IMG/VR virus record: IMGVR_UViG_3300009506_000035
Coordinates: 1-58,440 of that record
DNA: 58,440 nucleotides
Reading direction: 5' to 3' (one strand)
Origin: a virus
Lineage: Duplodnaviria > Caudoviricetes
Made by a program: the position numbers and the translations under genes. Every line of letters begins with the position of its first letter. Within the stretch, counting starts at the first letter, position 1. Under the pieces are notes generated by a model. The model saw nothing but the letters and a program-made list of their open reading frames with translations. It had not been told where the DNA came from and searched no databases. Positions 9,559 through 18,399 of this stretch are shown piece after piece.

Positions 9559-9981
9559 ATGCTTAGTACGGGTTTGGCGATGTTTTCGCTGGGCTGGGCA
9601 GTCGAAATAATGATCAAGCGACGGATTATGCGCACGTCAAATTCCGGCGCGGCCGGCGCACGCGGATCAACGAAACTGATCAAGCCATACTCGTGGGTCG
9701 CATGGACCTGCGCCTTCAGCGGAGCGCTGTTGATGGCAACCGTCGTCGGCAACCCCTTCGGGATTCACCCCATCTGGGCAACTGCCATTTCAATCGCGGG
9801 CGCCATGTTTGTCTGGATTGACATCAAGGACGGGCGTCCCGACCTGCCTGCCTTTTTCATCATTTCGGGACTGCCGTTCATCCTGCGCATCCCCGGCGGA
9901 CAGGCACACACCGTCATCAACGCCATCGCGCACGCCGTCGGGCAGGTCGTCACCGGCTTTGGCCACATAGTCGGAGCGTGA
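9559..9981 (+). CDS. Spd-like multi-TM membrane protein
   Basis: About 4 hydrophobic helices; AAGGAG RBS. Confidence 0.65.
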   Translation: MLSTGLAMFSLGWAVEIMIKRRIMRTSNSGAAGARGSTKLIKPYSWVAWTCAFSGALLMATVVGNPFGIHPIWATAISIAGAMFVWIDIKDGRPDLPAFFIISGLPFILRIPGGQAHTVINAIAHAVGQVVTGFGHIVGA

Positions 9982-9985
9982 CAAC

Positions 9986-10891
9986 GTGGACCCTCTAGGC
10001 GGCATCCTCACCATCTACCTCATGGTCAAGTTGCTCCAACGGCTCGCGGAGCGCGCTGACGATGTGACCGCTGACCTGGAACAAGACAAAATTGAGCCAA
10101 TCCAAACAAACCGGCCTCTGCGCGACCGTGCCACAAACGCGTGGCGTGCCGCATGGGCTGACCTGCGACGAACTGCGGCACGCCGCGCCAAAGCAGGCGC
10201 GCAGGTCATCTCATCGTCGCCGGGGCGGTGGGCGCGATGGCGTCAACAGGCAACAGAACGCGCTGAGCGTGTCGCCGCAGACCGGCTACGTCCCTGGGTG
10301 CGGTTCGATCCAGATCGTGATACGGACCGAATCCGGGAAGAAGCCCAACAGGCTGCGGCGGAGTACACAGCGCCGCGAAGATCCGCAGGGACCGAACACA
10401 AAGACACCGAGATCCCGACCTCTCCGCCGCACGCCACATCAGGGCAGAAGGGCACACCAGGCGGTGACGCCGCTCCTGGGCCGCGGGAACCCATCCGAGT
10501 GCCACCGACCACAGTCACCAAACCGCAATTACCGACAACGCCAGTCTCAATCGAAGGGAGCGCCGCCGTGAGCGGAACCGTAGCGACCACCACAGACGTC
10601 ACGGGGGTGGTGTCCGGCCAACAGGCCGCGATGCGTATCGCTCGCAGTGTCCAGAATGCGACCGAAGCGTACCGACTTGCCCTTCGGCGGGCCATTGTTG
10701 CCACGTCTGCGTTGGGGGACCAGGCCACATCGTCGCGTGTGGGCTTTTCTCCGAATTCCACGGTCATCGTGAGTCTCCGTGAGGCCGCAGAGGTACTGGC
10801 CGCCGAGATCCCTAACGCCCACCGGGCTTGCGCCACGGTGGCACCAATGTTCGGCCGCGTGGCGCAAGAATTCGCCCGCCGAAACAGTTGA
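9986..10891 (+). CDS. Transfer accessory protein upstream of traB
   Basis: N-terminal hydrophobic segment, Pro-rich linker, helical C-terminus; possible internal GTG start at 10568 after GAAGGGAG. Confidence 0.6.
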   Translation: MDPLGGILTIYLMVKLLQRLAERADDVTADLEQDKIEPIQTNRPLRDRATNAWRAAWADLRRTAARRAKAGAQVISSSPGRWARWRQQATERAERVAADRLRPWVRFDPDRDTDRIREEAQQAAAEYTAPRRSAGTEHKDTEIPTSPPHATSGQKGTPGGDAAPGPREPIRVPPTTVTKPQLPTTPVSIEGSAAVSGTVATTTDVTGVVSGQQAAMRIARSVQNATEAYRLALRRAIVATSALGDQATSSRVGFSPNSTVIVSLREAAEVLAAEIPNAHRACATVAPMFGRVAQEFARRNS

Positions 10892-10900
10892 GGAGACGCC

Positions 10901-12940
10901 ATGAGTGCCGACGTTGAGCGGCCCAGCCGGACGCGCATCATCACCCAAGATGCGTGCAGCATGTATATGCAGAGTCTTGCGCCGTGGGGCGCGCTGGCAG
11001 CCATGACTGTAGGTGGCGTGTGCGTGCAGGCTGCCAACGTCGGTGTTGGGGATGTGGTGGGTGTTGTTCCGATCGCTGCAGGCGGTGCGTATTTCCTCGT
11101 GACGGCGATCGCGCGTAGGCGCGCGATCGCCGCTGGTCGGATCGACCGGCGGCAGCGTGATGGCAAACGGGTGAAGCGTATCGCGCGTAATGCGCGGCGT
11201 GCTGCTGGTGCTGCGGCGGCTGGTGCCACGTGGCTTGTGCTGACTGCGGCCACCGATCCGACATCGGTCGCTGGGCATGTGGTCTGGCTCGTTGGGATTG
11301 CTGGGTGGGCGGTCATGTCCTATCCGTGGTGGCGCCATGTTGATCAAAAACTGGAACGTTCGGCGGTGACTACAGTGGCGGTGCCGCCACCGTGCCCGAC
11401 CCAGCCACCTGAGGATCCGCTGGCGATCCGTGTTGCCGAAGTGTGGGCGCAACGGATTGGCAACGCGACGGGTCCGCTGGCCGGGACGCGGTTGGTCGAC
11501 TTCCGGCGGCTTCCGGCGTGTGCCGCCGGTGATCAGTCTCGGCAGCGGCGTACGAATTGGACGGCGCGGGTGGTTGCGATTGAATCCGGTTCGATCAATA
11601 TGCGTGAGCTGCGGCCGTTGCTGCTGGGTCGGATCGCCGCAGCGTACGAGTGCGGCTACGGCGATGTTGCGTTTTTCACCGATCCGTACAATTTGTCTCG
11701 CGCTGACGTGCGTGTCCAGCCAGACAACCTACTGGCCGAGGTGCGCATGTGGCCCGGGTACGACGCTACCGACTGGTCATCCGGAGCGTCCCATGTGGGC
11801 TGGTACGACGACGGTCAGCCAATGATCTATCAATGGTGGAAGCGGGGGTATGGCGCACTGCACGCACTGCTGTCTGGCTGCACCGGATCGGGCAAGTCAG
11901 AGCTGGTCGCGCAGCTGCTTTTGATCTCGCTGCATTCTGGTGGTCTCGTCTTGGACTGGGTTGGTGACCCGCAAGGTGGGCAGTCATACGGGCAACTTAA
12001 GGATCTTGTGGATTGGTTCGCCGGCACTCCGACAGAGATCAAACTTATGTTGTTGTCCGCAAAGATCGAAATGATCCGCCGAAACCAAATCCTCGCCACT
12101 GCGTACACCAAAACATGGACGCCGTCACAAGAGATGCCGCTGCTGGTTGTCACGCTCGACGAGGTGCAATCGTACATTGACGACCCAGACACCCTGCAAC
12201 TTGTCACCGACCTTGCCGGGCAAGCGAGAAAATGCGGAATTTCGCTGCGACTCCTCACCCAGGTGCCAAGCGCCGGCAACCTAGGCGGATCCATCTACAT
12301 CAAGGACCAAGTCCGCACCCAGGCATTCATTGGCCGCGCGGCAACAGGCATCGCTGGGCATCTTGCCGTTGATTCAGACTCCCCATTTGATCCGTGTGCG
12401 CTGCCTGCCACCTGGGGCCCCGAGACAAGCAGCCCCGACGGGACAACGGCGGGACTGATGGGTGTGCAGGGGATGCGAGGCCGCGATCTGTACGGGCGCG
12501 TCTACTACACGGGGGATGACATGTCGGCGTGGCTGACTGGTGAGCTGACTCCCGGCACGTTCGGCCTGGACGCGCAGGCCGCACCAGGACAAGCGCAGCT
12601 GTGGGGCGAGCGGCATCGGCGTGCTGCTGCGCAATGCGGGATGACGCTGGAGGACTTCCTGCCTGCTGGCAAGGCCGTTGAGCTGGTGGAGCTTGCGGCG
12701 GGTAATACTGACCCGCCGCTTGCGCTGGACAGCGCGGCGCCGCAGGAGATGACCGCGCGCGACGTCGTGCTCGCTGCAGCACGCGAGGCAGCGGTGGACG
12801 GTGTCGTCACGCGGCAGGCCATCGTGTCCGCAACATCAGGCATGCCGTCATCGACACGAGACCGGGCAATCACGGATCTGCTGATGGGGGGCCATTTGGC
12901 CCGTGTGGAGGGCCAGCGGGGATCGTACCGACTTCTGTGA
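10901..12940 (+). CDS. traB: TraB/TraSA FtsK-SpoIIIE conjugative DNA translocase
   Basis: N-terminal TMs, Walker A GCTGSGKS, DPQGGQS, Walker B VVTLDEVQ, ARKCGI, C-terminal wHTH. Confidence 0.9.
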   Translation: MSADVERPSRTRIITQDACSMYMQSLAPWGALAAMTVGGVCVQAANVGVGDVVGVVPIAAGGAYFLVTAIARRRAIAAGRIDRRQRDGKRVKRIARNARRAAGAAAAGATWLVLTAATDPTSVAGHVVWLVGIAGWAVMSYPWWRHVDQKLERSAVTTVAVPPPCPTQPPEDPLAIRVAEVWAQRIGNATGPLAGTRLVDFRRLPACAAGDQSRQRRTNWTARVVAIESGSINMRELRPLLLGRIAAAYECGYGDVAFFTDPYNLSRADVRVQPDNLLAEVRMWPGYDATDWSSGASHVGWYDDGQPMIYQWWKRGYGALHALLSGCTGSGKSELVAQLLLISLHSGGLVLDWVGDPQGGQSYGQLKDLVDWFAGTPTEIKLMLLSAKIEMIRRNQILATAYTKTWTPSQEMPLLVVTLDEVQSYIDDPDTLQLVTDLAGQARKCGISLRLLTQVPSAGNLGGSIYIKDQVRTQAFIGRAATGIAGHLAVDSDSPFDPCALPATWGPETSSPDGTTAGLMGVQGMRGRDLYGRVYYTGDDMSAWLTGELTPGTFGLDAQAAPGQAQLWGERHRRAAAQCGMTLEDFLPAGKAVELVELAAGNTDPPLALDSAAPQEMTARDVVLAAAREAAVDGVVTRQAIVSATSGMPSSTRDRAITDLLMGGHLARVEGQRGSYRLL

Positions 12941-12967
12941 GAGGTGCGGCTGGGGGCAAACCCCTCT

Positions 12968-13003
12968 TGCCCCACTTGCATGTCCGCATGTAAGGTGATA
13001 GGT
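12968..13003 (+). promoter_or_regulatory. Leaderless promoter with palindromic operator
   Basis: TTGCCC-18-TAAGGT-7-ATG; operator TTGCATGTCCGCATGTAA at 12976-12993. Confidence 0.65.
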
Positions 13004-13351
13004 ATGTCAAAAAAACCCAGCACCATTGCGGACCTTAACCGTCCGCCCCTCACACGCCCCATCCCGCGTAGACTGCGCGGGCAGCAAAGACGCGACGAAG
13101 TGGCTCGGCGAGTGGCAGCACTCGCCGATAACCACCAGCTCCTACTGATTGATCTGGCATTGACGTTGGGTGTCGCTGCCGCGTCCCTGCCGCGGATTTT
13201 GGCGGTGGGGGACGGACCCCCGGAGGTTGGTGGGCGCGTTCAGGATCGGGGGCACTCGCGTCCCTGGTACCTGGGCGTTGAGATCAAGGCGTGGTTCGCG
13301 AATCGGCCGGGGCAGGGTCGCCGCACTGGCACCTTGCATGTCGACATGTAA
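13004..13351 (+). CDS. AlpA/MerR-like small HTH DNA-binding protein
   Basis: LALTLGV..SL HTH and W...EIKAWFANRPGQGRRT tail typical of actinophage HTH proteins. Confidence 0.7.
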   Translation: MSKKPSTIADLNRPPLTRPIPRRLRGQQRRDEVARRVAALADNHQLLLIDLALTLGVAAASLPRILAVGDGPPEVGGRVQDRGHSRPWYLGVEIKAWFANRPGQGRRTGTLHVDM

Positions 13352-13361
13352 AGTAGTGGGT
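13334..13361 (+). promoter_or_regulatory. Leaderless promoter with palindromic operator
   Basis: TTGCATGTCGACATGTAA at 13334-13351; TAAAGT-7-ATG. Confidence 0.65.
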
Positions 13362-13682
13362 ATGACGAACAAGACCACAGCACAGCAGTTGGCCGCGAAG
13401 GTCATCGCCCGCGCCCGCGAGGCATACGGCAAAGGCGCGGCGGCATTCGACTACGAGGTCGGGGGGACTCGCCCCAACACGGCCACCGACATACTGTCCG
13501 GGGAACTGTGGACCCTCGCGAACGAGGGCTACGACGACGGGTACCTTCCAATGCTTGCCCGCGCGCTGGCACTCCAGGCCATGATCGCCGACGAGTTGGG
13601 CGCGTACCGGCAGCGGTGCCGAACCCGCAAATACACCGGCTGGTCGGGTTGGTCGACCGGGCCGATCCGCTATGCCGACTGA
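13362..13682 (+). CDS. Hypothetical protein
   Basis: Starts 7 nt after the -10 box; GC3-rich coding pattern. Confidence 0.65.
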   Translation: MTNKTTAQQLAAKVIARAREAYGKGAAAFDYEVGGTRPNTATDILSGELWTLANEGYDDGYLPMLARALALQAMIADELGAYRQRCRTRKYTGWSGWSTGPIRYAD

Positions 13683-13772
13683 CGCCACGCACTGGATAGC
13701 CCGGCCGGTCCGGCGGACACCGAGGCGAGTCCTCGGCGGGCACGAGAAACACCACATCCTGAGGAGGACAAG

Positions 13773-14237
13773 ATGAGCGACTACGGAATCCTGACCGACC
13801 TGCAGACCGGAGCGTCTCTCAGGCCAGCCACGCGTGAGGAGTGGCTGACTGGTGTGCGCCTGGTAGCTGCCGGCCGGCCCGAGGGAGCGTTCGATGATGA
13901 GGACGGCCGCGCGGTCTTCGTGGCGGGCGGCTGGGAGACCGAGGACGACGAGCCCAGCTGCCTCTGCGGCGCTGTCCGCGGGCACGCCGACCGCCTGGAG
14001 CTGGACGAGGACGCCGCCGCAGAGCTGACCGCCGACCAGGTTGCCGAGCTACGGCGCATCGCCGCATGGTTGGGGCGTGAGCACAAGCGCGACCCGTGGA
14101 CAAAGCCGGAAGCGGCGTACGCGGCGGCTGTGGCGTACATGGGTGGACATACAGATATCGGAGCAGACCGAGGCATCCTGGTGGATCGATCACTTCGTCC
14201 CCGTCGTAGACACGACAGGACGCCGCGGCAGCGTTGA
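13773..14237 (+). CDS. Hypothetical acidic protein
   Basis: GAGGAGG RBS; GC3-rich. Confidence 0.65.
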   Translation: MSDYGILTDLQTGASLRPATREEWLTGVRLVAAGRPEGAFDDEDGRAVFVAGGWETEDDEPSCLCGAVRGHADRLELDEDAAAELTADQVAELRRIAAWLGREHKRDPWTKPEAAYAAAVAYMGGHTDIGADRGILVDRSLRPRRRHDRTPRQR

Positions 14238-14314
14238 CGACCGGCCCGGCAGCACGATCGTGCGGACCTTGACCGGTGACGACCGTTCCGCGATCAGAGC
14301 TTTGCGCGGCTGAC

Positions 14315-14378
14315 CTCCCGGGTAGCGCATCCGGCCCAGCACCCCGAGTGGTGCTGGGCCGGATGCGCTACCCGGGAG
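14315..14378. repeat. Perfect 29-bp inverted repeat
   Basis: CTCCCGGGTAGCGCATCCGGCCCAGCACC / loop CCGAGT / exact reverse complement. Confidence 0.95.
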
Positions 14379-14390
14379 TATCGTAGTGGC

Positions 14391-14657
14391 ATGGTAGACG
14401 TGTCCTTGATCCAGCAGACCCGCGCGCTCGCCGGGGAGCTGTCCCGCCTCGCCGCAGCCGTGGCTGCAGAAGCCGATGCGGCGGTGTACCAGGCGACGCG
14501 GGATCATTCTGCGGCTGAGGTGGCCGAGGCGTTGGGGGTGTCCGTGCCGACTGTGCGTAAGGCGGTACGCCAGCACGGTGAGCGGCAGTTGCCGTTCGAA
14601 CTGGCGGCCGAGAAGATGCGAGCCAAGCGGCGACGGTCGGCGCCAAAGCCTGCCTGA
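14391..14657 (+). CDS. Small HTH protein (probably leaderless)
   Basis: SAAEVAEALGVSVPTVRK HTH; TATCGT-6-ATG. Confidence 0.75.
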   Translation: MVDVSLIQQTRALAGELSRLAAAVAAEADAAVYQATRDHSAAEVAEALGVSVPTVRKAVRQHGERQLPFELAAEKMRAKRRRSAPKPA

Positions 14658-14723
14658 TTTGGGCGTTTAGCCAGTATGGAGCGCGCCCGTTTTGGGCGAT
14701 ACCTGTGTGGTCTGTGCCACGGG

Positions 14724-14985
14724 TGTCCGATTTGGATCCATTTAGTGGTCGTACTTTCGGGCAGTGTCCGATATCCGGGGGTATCTGCATGACCGTCTTG
14801 TCCGAATCCACTTCGGACAGTCCATAGTAGATAGCGCCATCTGGGGATACATCTGTACCGTATGTCCGATTGTCTCGGCGGACCCCGAGATCTCGACGCC
14901 AAATGCCTCCAATCAGCCTCGCGTTTTCGCAGGTCACAACCTGGTTGCCCTACCGATACCCCGGGGTATCCTCATGTGCATGAGG
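14724..14985. repeat. Non-coding repeat/palindrome cluster (candidate clt or ori)
   Basis: TGTCCGAT at 14724, 14765, 14863; TGTCCGAA at 14799 with inverse at 14812; GATACCCCGGGGTATC at 14955 and a variant at 14770. Confidence 0.55.
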
Positions 14986-15103
14986 AACGCGCCGAGTCTC
15001 CGGCCGACCTCGCCCGTTACGGACACGACAAGCCACAGGCCGGGACGGTAGAGCACCCCGCAAACGCGGCGAGTGCTCCCAGACACACGAGAAGGAGCCA
15101 GTC

Positions 15104-15691
15104 ATGCGCAAACCAACCAAACCCCAGATCGTCAAAAGCCTCGTCCTGCTCCAGTACGCCGGATCCATGGCCATCTCGTTCATGCACATCGTTGCCGTCG
15201 GCCACCGCTACGGCCTGACCTGGGAGGCATGGACCGCCCCGTTCCTAATTGATGGCTTCATGATCCTTGGGGCGATCGGCCGAGGCTCCCAGTTCGCCGC
15301 GACCACCCGCAAAACCGGCCTGAAGCTGATGGTCGGTGCCGGCCTGGTTAGCCTCGCATGCAACGTCACCGCTGGCACCAACCTCGGGCAGCGCATTTTC
15401 GGCGTCCTGGTGGTAGCCGGAGCGCTAACCGCCGAGTGGTACGCCGCGAAGTTGGAAGCCGCGCCAGCACCCACCGAGACCCCCACGCGCAAGCTGGACC
15501 CGCAGGTAGCCGCCGAGCGCGCCCGCAAAGCCGCCGCCACCCGCGAGCGCAACCGGCTAGCCAAGTTGACGCCGGCCGAGAAAGCGGCCGAGACGCGCAA
15601 GCGCCGCGCCGCCGCCCCGGTCAGCCCGGGCCGCCCCCCGGTTGACGCGCCAACCGCCGCACAGCTTGACGAGCTGGTCACCACCGCCTAG
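15104..15691 (+). CDS. DUF2637-like membrane protein
   Basis: SFMHI..G....AW..PFLIDG..SLACNV motif, 4 TM segments, basic tail; AGGAG RBS. Confidence 0.78.
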   Translation: MRKPTKPQIVKSLVLLQYAGSMAISFMHIVAVGHRYGLTWEAWTAPFLIDGFMILGAIGRGSQFAATTRKTGLKLMVGAGLVSLACNVTAGTNLGQRIFGVLVVAGALTAEWYAAKLEAAPAPTETPTRKLDPQVAAERARKAAATRERNRLAKLTPAEKAAETRKRRAAAPVSPGRPPVDAPTAAQLDELVTTA

Positions 15692-15698
15692 CAGTAAC

Positions 15699-15737
15699 AA
15701 AGAGAACCCCCCGGTTTCGGCCGGGGGGTTTTTCTTT
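15699..15737. terminator. Bidirectional intrinsic terminator
   Basis: AAAGAGAACCCCCCGG-TTTCGG-CCGGGGGGTTTTTCTTT between convergent units. Confidence 0.8.
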
Positions 15738-15871
15738 GCCCACAATCCATGTGAAGGCCGCCGGTGTGCCAACTTGGAAGAAAGAGATCGATCATCGCTG
15801 CGGCCTGTGCCTGCACTGCCCAACTCGGGGGTCGAGCCGCTTTCGTTTGGATGCGGTGCGCTCCGAGGCCC

Positions 15872-16147
15872 TCAGGGGCCGCCCTCTCGCTCGGGTCGGG
15901 AGCGCCCGGCGATCGCGACGACCGCCGCTACCGCATCATCTAGGTCACCGTCGCCGCATACACGCAGATCCGGATGCTCGGGCGGCTCGTAAACCTGGCC
16001 AACTCCGGTCAGATCAGCCAACTCGCCAGAGGCAGCCTGGGCGTACATGCCCTTGATATCGCGGCCTTGGCACACGTCAAGCGTTGTGTCGACGAAGACT
16101 TCGACGAACTCTCCGGGCCCGAACAGGTCCCGGGCCGCCTGGCGGTC
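15872..16147 (-). pseudogene. cysC: 3' fragment of adenylyl-sulfate kinase
   Basis: DRQAARDLFGPGEFVEVFVDTTLDVCQGRDIKGMY..TGVGQVYEPPEHPDL; P-loop half missing. Confidence 0.85.
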
Positions 16148-16475
16148 AACGCGGAGCCTGCGGCGCTTCGTAATCGTTCGGCTCCAACCCCTGCGCCGTC
16201 GGCGGGTAGATCGGTGGGCGACTGTTTCCGAACATCAGCAGCTTAGCGACCCTTCGAGCGGCGGATGGCCACATGCCAGATCCCTTGCGGGTTTCCAACC
16301 AGTGCACGGCGGCGGTCCACACCCCGATGCCGATACCGGCAACGATCACCTTTACCAACCAATCTTGCGTGGACGTCGGGATGTCCAGCCCATGCGAGAC
16401 GGCGTACCCGACCAGTAGCGCGACAACCGCCTGTACACCGGTACGTACTGCCGCTAGGAGCGGGGCGGGCATCAT
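16146..16475 (-). CDS. Holin
   Basis: 2 TM segments, WLE motif, coupled to the endolysin gene. Confidence 0.75.
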   Translation of the reverse strand: MMPAPLLAAVRTGVQAVVALLVGYAVSHGLDIPTSTQDWLVKVIVAGIGIGVWTAAVHWLETRKGSGMWPSAARRVAKLLMFGNSRPPIYPPTAQGLEPNDYEAPQAPR

Positions 16476-17431
16476 AGTGTTGTCTCCGGGTCGATCGCGT
16501 CGGCCGCGGCGCGTTGGGCCGCAGCGAGACGCTCCTCCAAGTCAGTTACCTGTGCTTGCAGGTCGGTGACGAGTTGGCGCGTTTCGGCGGCTGCGTCCTG
16601 GATGGCCGCGACGATCGGGGCAGCCTCCACGCCACCGCTGGCAGACAGAGCCTGGATCGCCGCGAGCATTACTGCGTCGCGCGTCTCATCCGCGGCAAGC
16701 GCGGCGAGGGCCGTGTCCAGCTGCCTGCGGCAGATATAGGCGTCCTTCCACAGATCGCCAAGCCGTCGGGTTCTGCCTGGCCATAGGGCAGATCCGATAT
16801 CTGCCGTTATGAGAGCATTGGTGATCTCGGCAGTTGTTGGCATAGTCGTGTCTCCCTCAAAGAGTGCGCGCAGTTCGGAAATCGAGCCGCGGTAGGCGTT
16901 GTAGTCGACCGCAGCGCCGTTGAAGTGTTGCGCGTTCGTGTATTGCAGGATCGATGGCGTCACACCGCCGTACGGGTCCCAGCCGGGGCCGTCTCCTGGC
17001 CCCCAGCCATACCAGGATGCGACCAGGGCGAGGCCGGCGTCGGCGAGTGGTCGAAGGTCTGGTTGGCCTGAGTTGAGCCAAACCCAATGCGGTGCGTACT
17101 CCAGCGTCACCCGGCCGCCGAGCGCTCGGTAGGCGGCGACGAACCCGAGCGTGTGCGCCACGTTGATGACGGTCTGCTCGTCGTCGATCATCAACGGGGT
17201 GTGCGGGCCGACGACCGAGTAGCAGTGACGCGCCTGGGCGTAGGAGTCGGTCGTGTCGAGCCAGTGGTATGCGGCGAACGGCACACCAAGGCGGGCGGCC
17301 TCACCCCTGTACCAGGTATAGGCCGGATCCGTGTAGCCGGTGCCCTGGGTTGCCTTCGCGACGATCGCCGCAGCGCCGTCCATCCGCATACGTCCCTGCC
17401 AATGTGACACGTCAGGATAGGTCACGGGCAT
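16472..17431 (-). CDS. Endolysin, GH25 muramidase
   Basis: DVSHWQG, KATQG, AYHW, IDDE (DxE), LQYT, VDYN motifs; helical C-terminus. Confidence 0.9.
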   Translation of the reverse strand: MPVTYPDVSHWQGRMRMDGAAAIVAKATQGTGYTDPAYTWYRGEAARLGVPFAAYHWLDTTDSYAQARHCYSVVGPHTPLMIDDEQTVINVAHTLGFVAAYRALGGRVTLEYAPHWVWLNSGQPDLRPLADAGLALVASWYGWGPGDGPGWDPYGGVTPSILQYTNAQHFNGAAVDYNAYRGSISELRALFEGDTTMPTTAEITNALITADIGSALWPGRTRRLGDLWKDAYICRRQLDTALAALAADETRDAVMLAAIQALSASGGVEAAPIVAAIQDAAAETRQLVTDLQAQVTDLEERLAAAQRAAADAIDPETTL

Positions 17432-17455
17432 GCGTGTCCCTCCAATTCGGCAGAT

Positions 17456-17989
17456 TCATAAATCACAAACCCAATAGACCACCATGCATGACTGATAGCC
17501 AGGGCTCACGTCAGTGTTTAGCGCCCCCCCGCTCGACTGGTAGCCCTGAATCGTAAGCCAGTCGGTGGCTCCATTGACAGCGACAACGAACGTCTTGCAG
17601 GGAACTCCCGACGGGGCCCCATTTATGGGATTGGACAGAACACTCGAATAGGTACGCGTACCATTTAGGGCAGATGCCGCTCCGCGGATACCTGCTACAT
17701 TGTTGACGAAAGACACCCCGCCAGCGATGACTAAGTACCCCGCAGTTGGCGACGTGTAACGTTCGGTATTCGTGACGAGTGAATGACCGCCGTCTCGGTC
17801 AATCACCTCTGCGTCAAAAAGGATATTGGTCCAAGTCGCGTGTGATGTGGACTGACCTGATCCTTGATAGAGGACCGCCAGTGGACGGGCTAGCCAGAAA
17901 TTGCCCGCATCGCGGATGTTGGTGTTCATCTCATCTGCGGTGACAACTTCGCCAGCTACCCATGTCCGGTAGGTTGGGATGGCAGCCAT
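17456..17989 (-). CDS. Minor tail protein
   Basis: RTWVAGEVVTA..MN..IRD N-terminus and QSSGGALN C1q-like tail domain. Confidence 0.75.
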   Translation of the reverse strand: MAAIPTYRTWVAGEVVTADEMNTNIRDAGNFWLARPLAVLYQGSGQSTSHATWTNILFDAEVIDRDGGHSLVTNTERYTSPTAGYLVIAGGVSFVNNVAGIRGAASALNGTRTYSSVLSNPINGAPSGVPCKTFVVAVNGATDWLTIQGYQSSGGALNTDVSPGYQSCMVVYWVCDL

Positions 17990-18393
17990 TAGGTCCTCTT
18001 TGCAATTCGTGGCATTGGCCTGTTTCGACTCTGCCAGTCCAGCGGTAGCCAGCCCGGCGACCCGCGTAGGCGTGCCTCTCGCGTCTTCACTCGGCCGTAG
18101 CCGTGTGCGCGCAAGGTGAGCAAGGGCCACGGGTCTACTGCCGGTACCCAGATCGGCATGCCTTCTGGTCCGTCAATGTCTGACCACAAATTTGGGTCTG
18201 CCATGTCCTCAAACGGCTGCACATGCAGCACGTCAGCAGGTACTGGAGGCTCCCATGGCGCGTGACGGTATAGCACCTCATCGCCAACAGACGGGATCGG
18301 CGTCCGGTCAGCGACGGGACGCTGGCGGGCCCATCGGTATTCGCCAGCGCTGTAGGGGACGTGGCAGGTGGCAAGTTCATCAATCTGATGCAT
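17989..18393 (-). CDS. Hypothetical protein (tail region)
   Basis: Coupled ORF (TAATG overlap). Confidence 0.6.
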   Translation of the reverse strand: MHQIDELATCHVPYSAGEYRWARQRPVADRTPIPSVGDEVLYRHAPWEPPVPADVLHVQPFEDMADPNLWSDIDGPEGMPIWVPAVDPWPLLTLRAHGYGRVKTREARLRGSPGWLPLDWQSRNRPMPRIAKRT

Positions 18394-18399
18394 CTGATC

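Noticed and set aside
6634-10531. TTA codons in kor (6634) and the 9986 gene (10529) as bldA control
   Set aside because: TTA also occurs in structural genes such as TMP, and the host genus is unknown
14368-14937. 189-aa minus-strand ORF
   Set aside because: Overlaps the HTH gene antisense and the repeat region; no motifs
6523-15737. Independent AICE inserted in the phage
   Set aside because: No integrase or RepSA/Rep gene and no bounding att repeats found by eye; kept only as an alternative hypothesis
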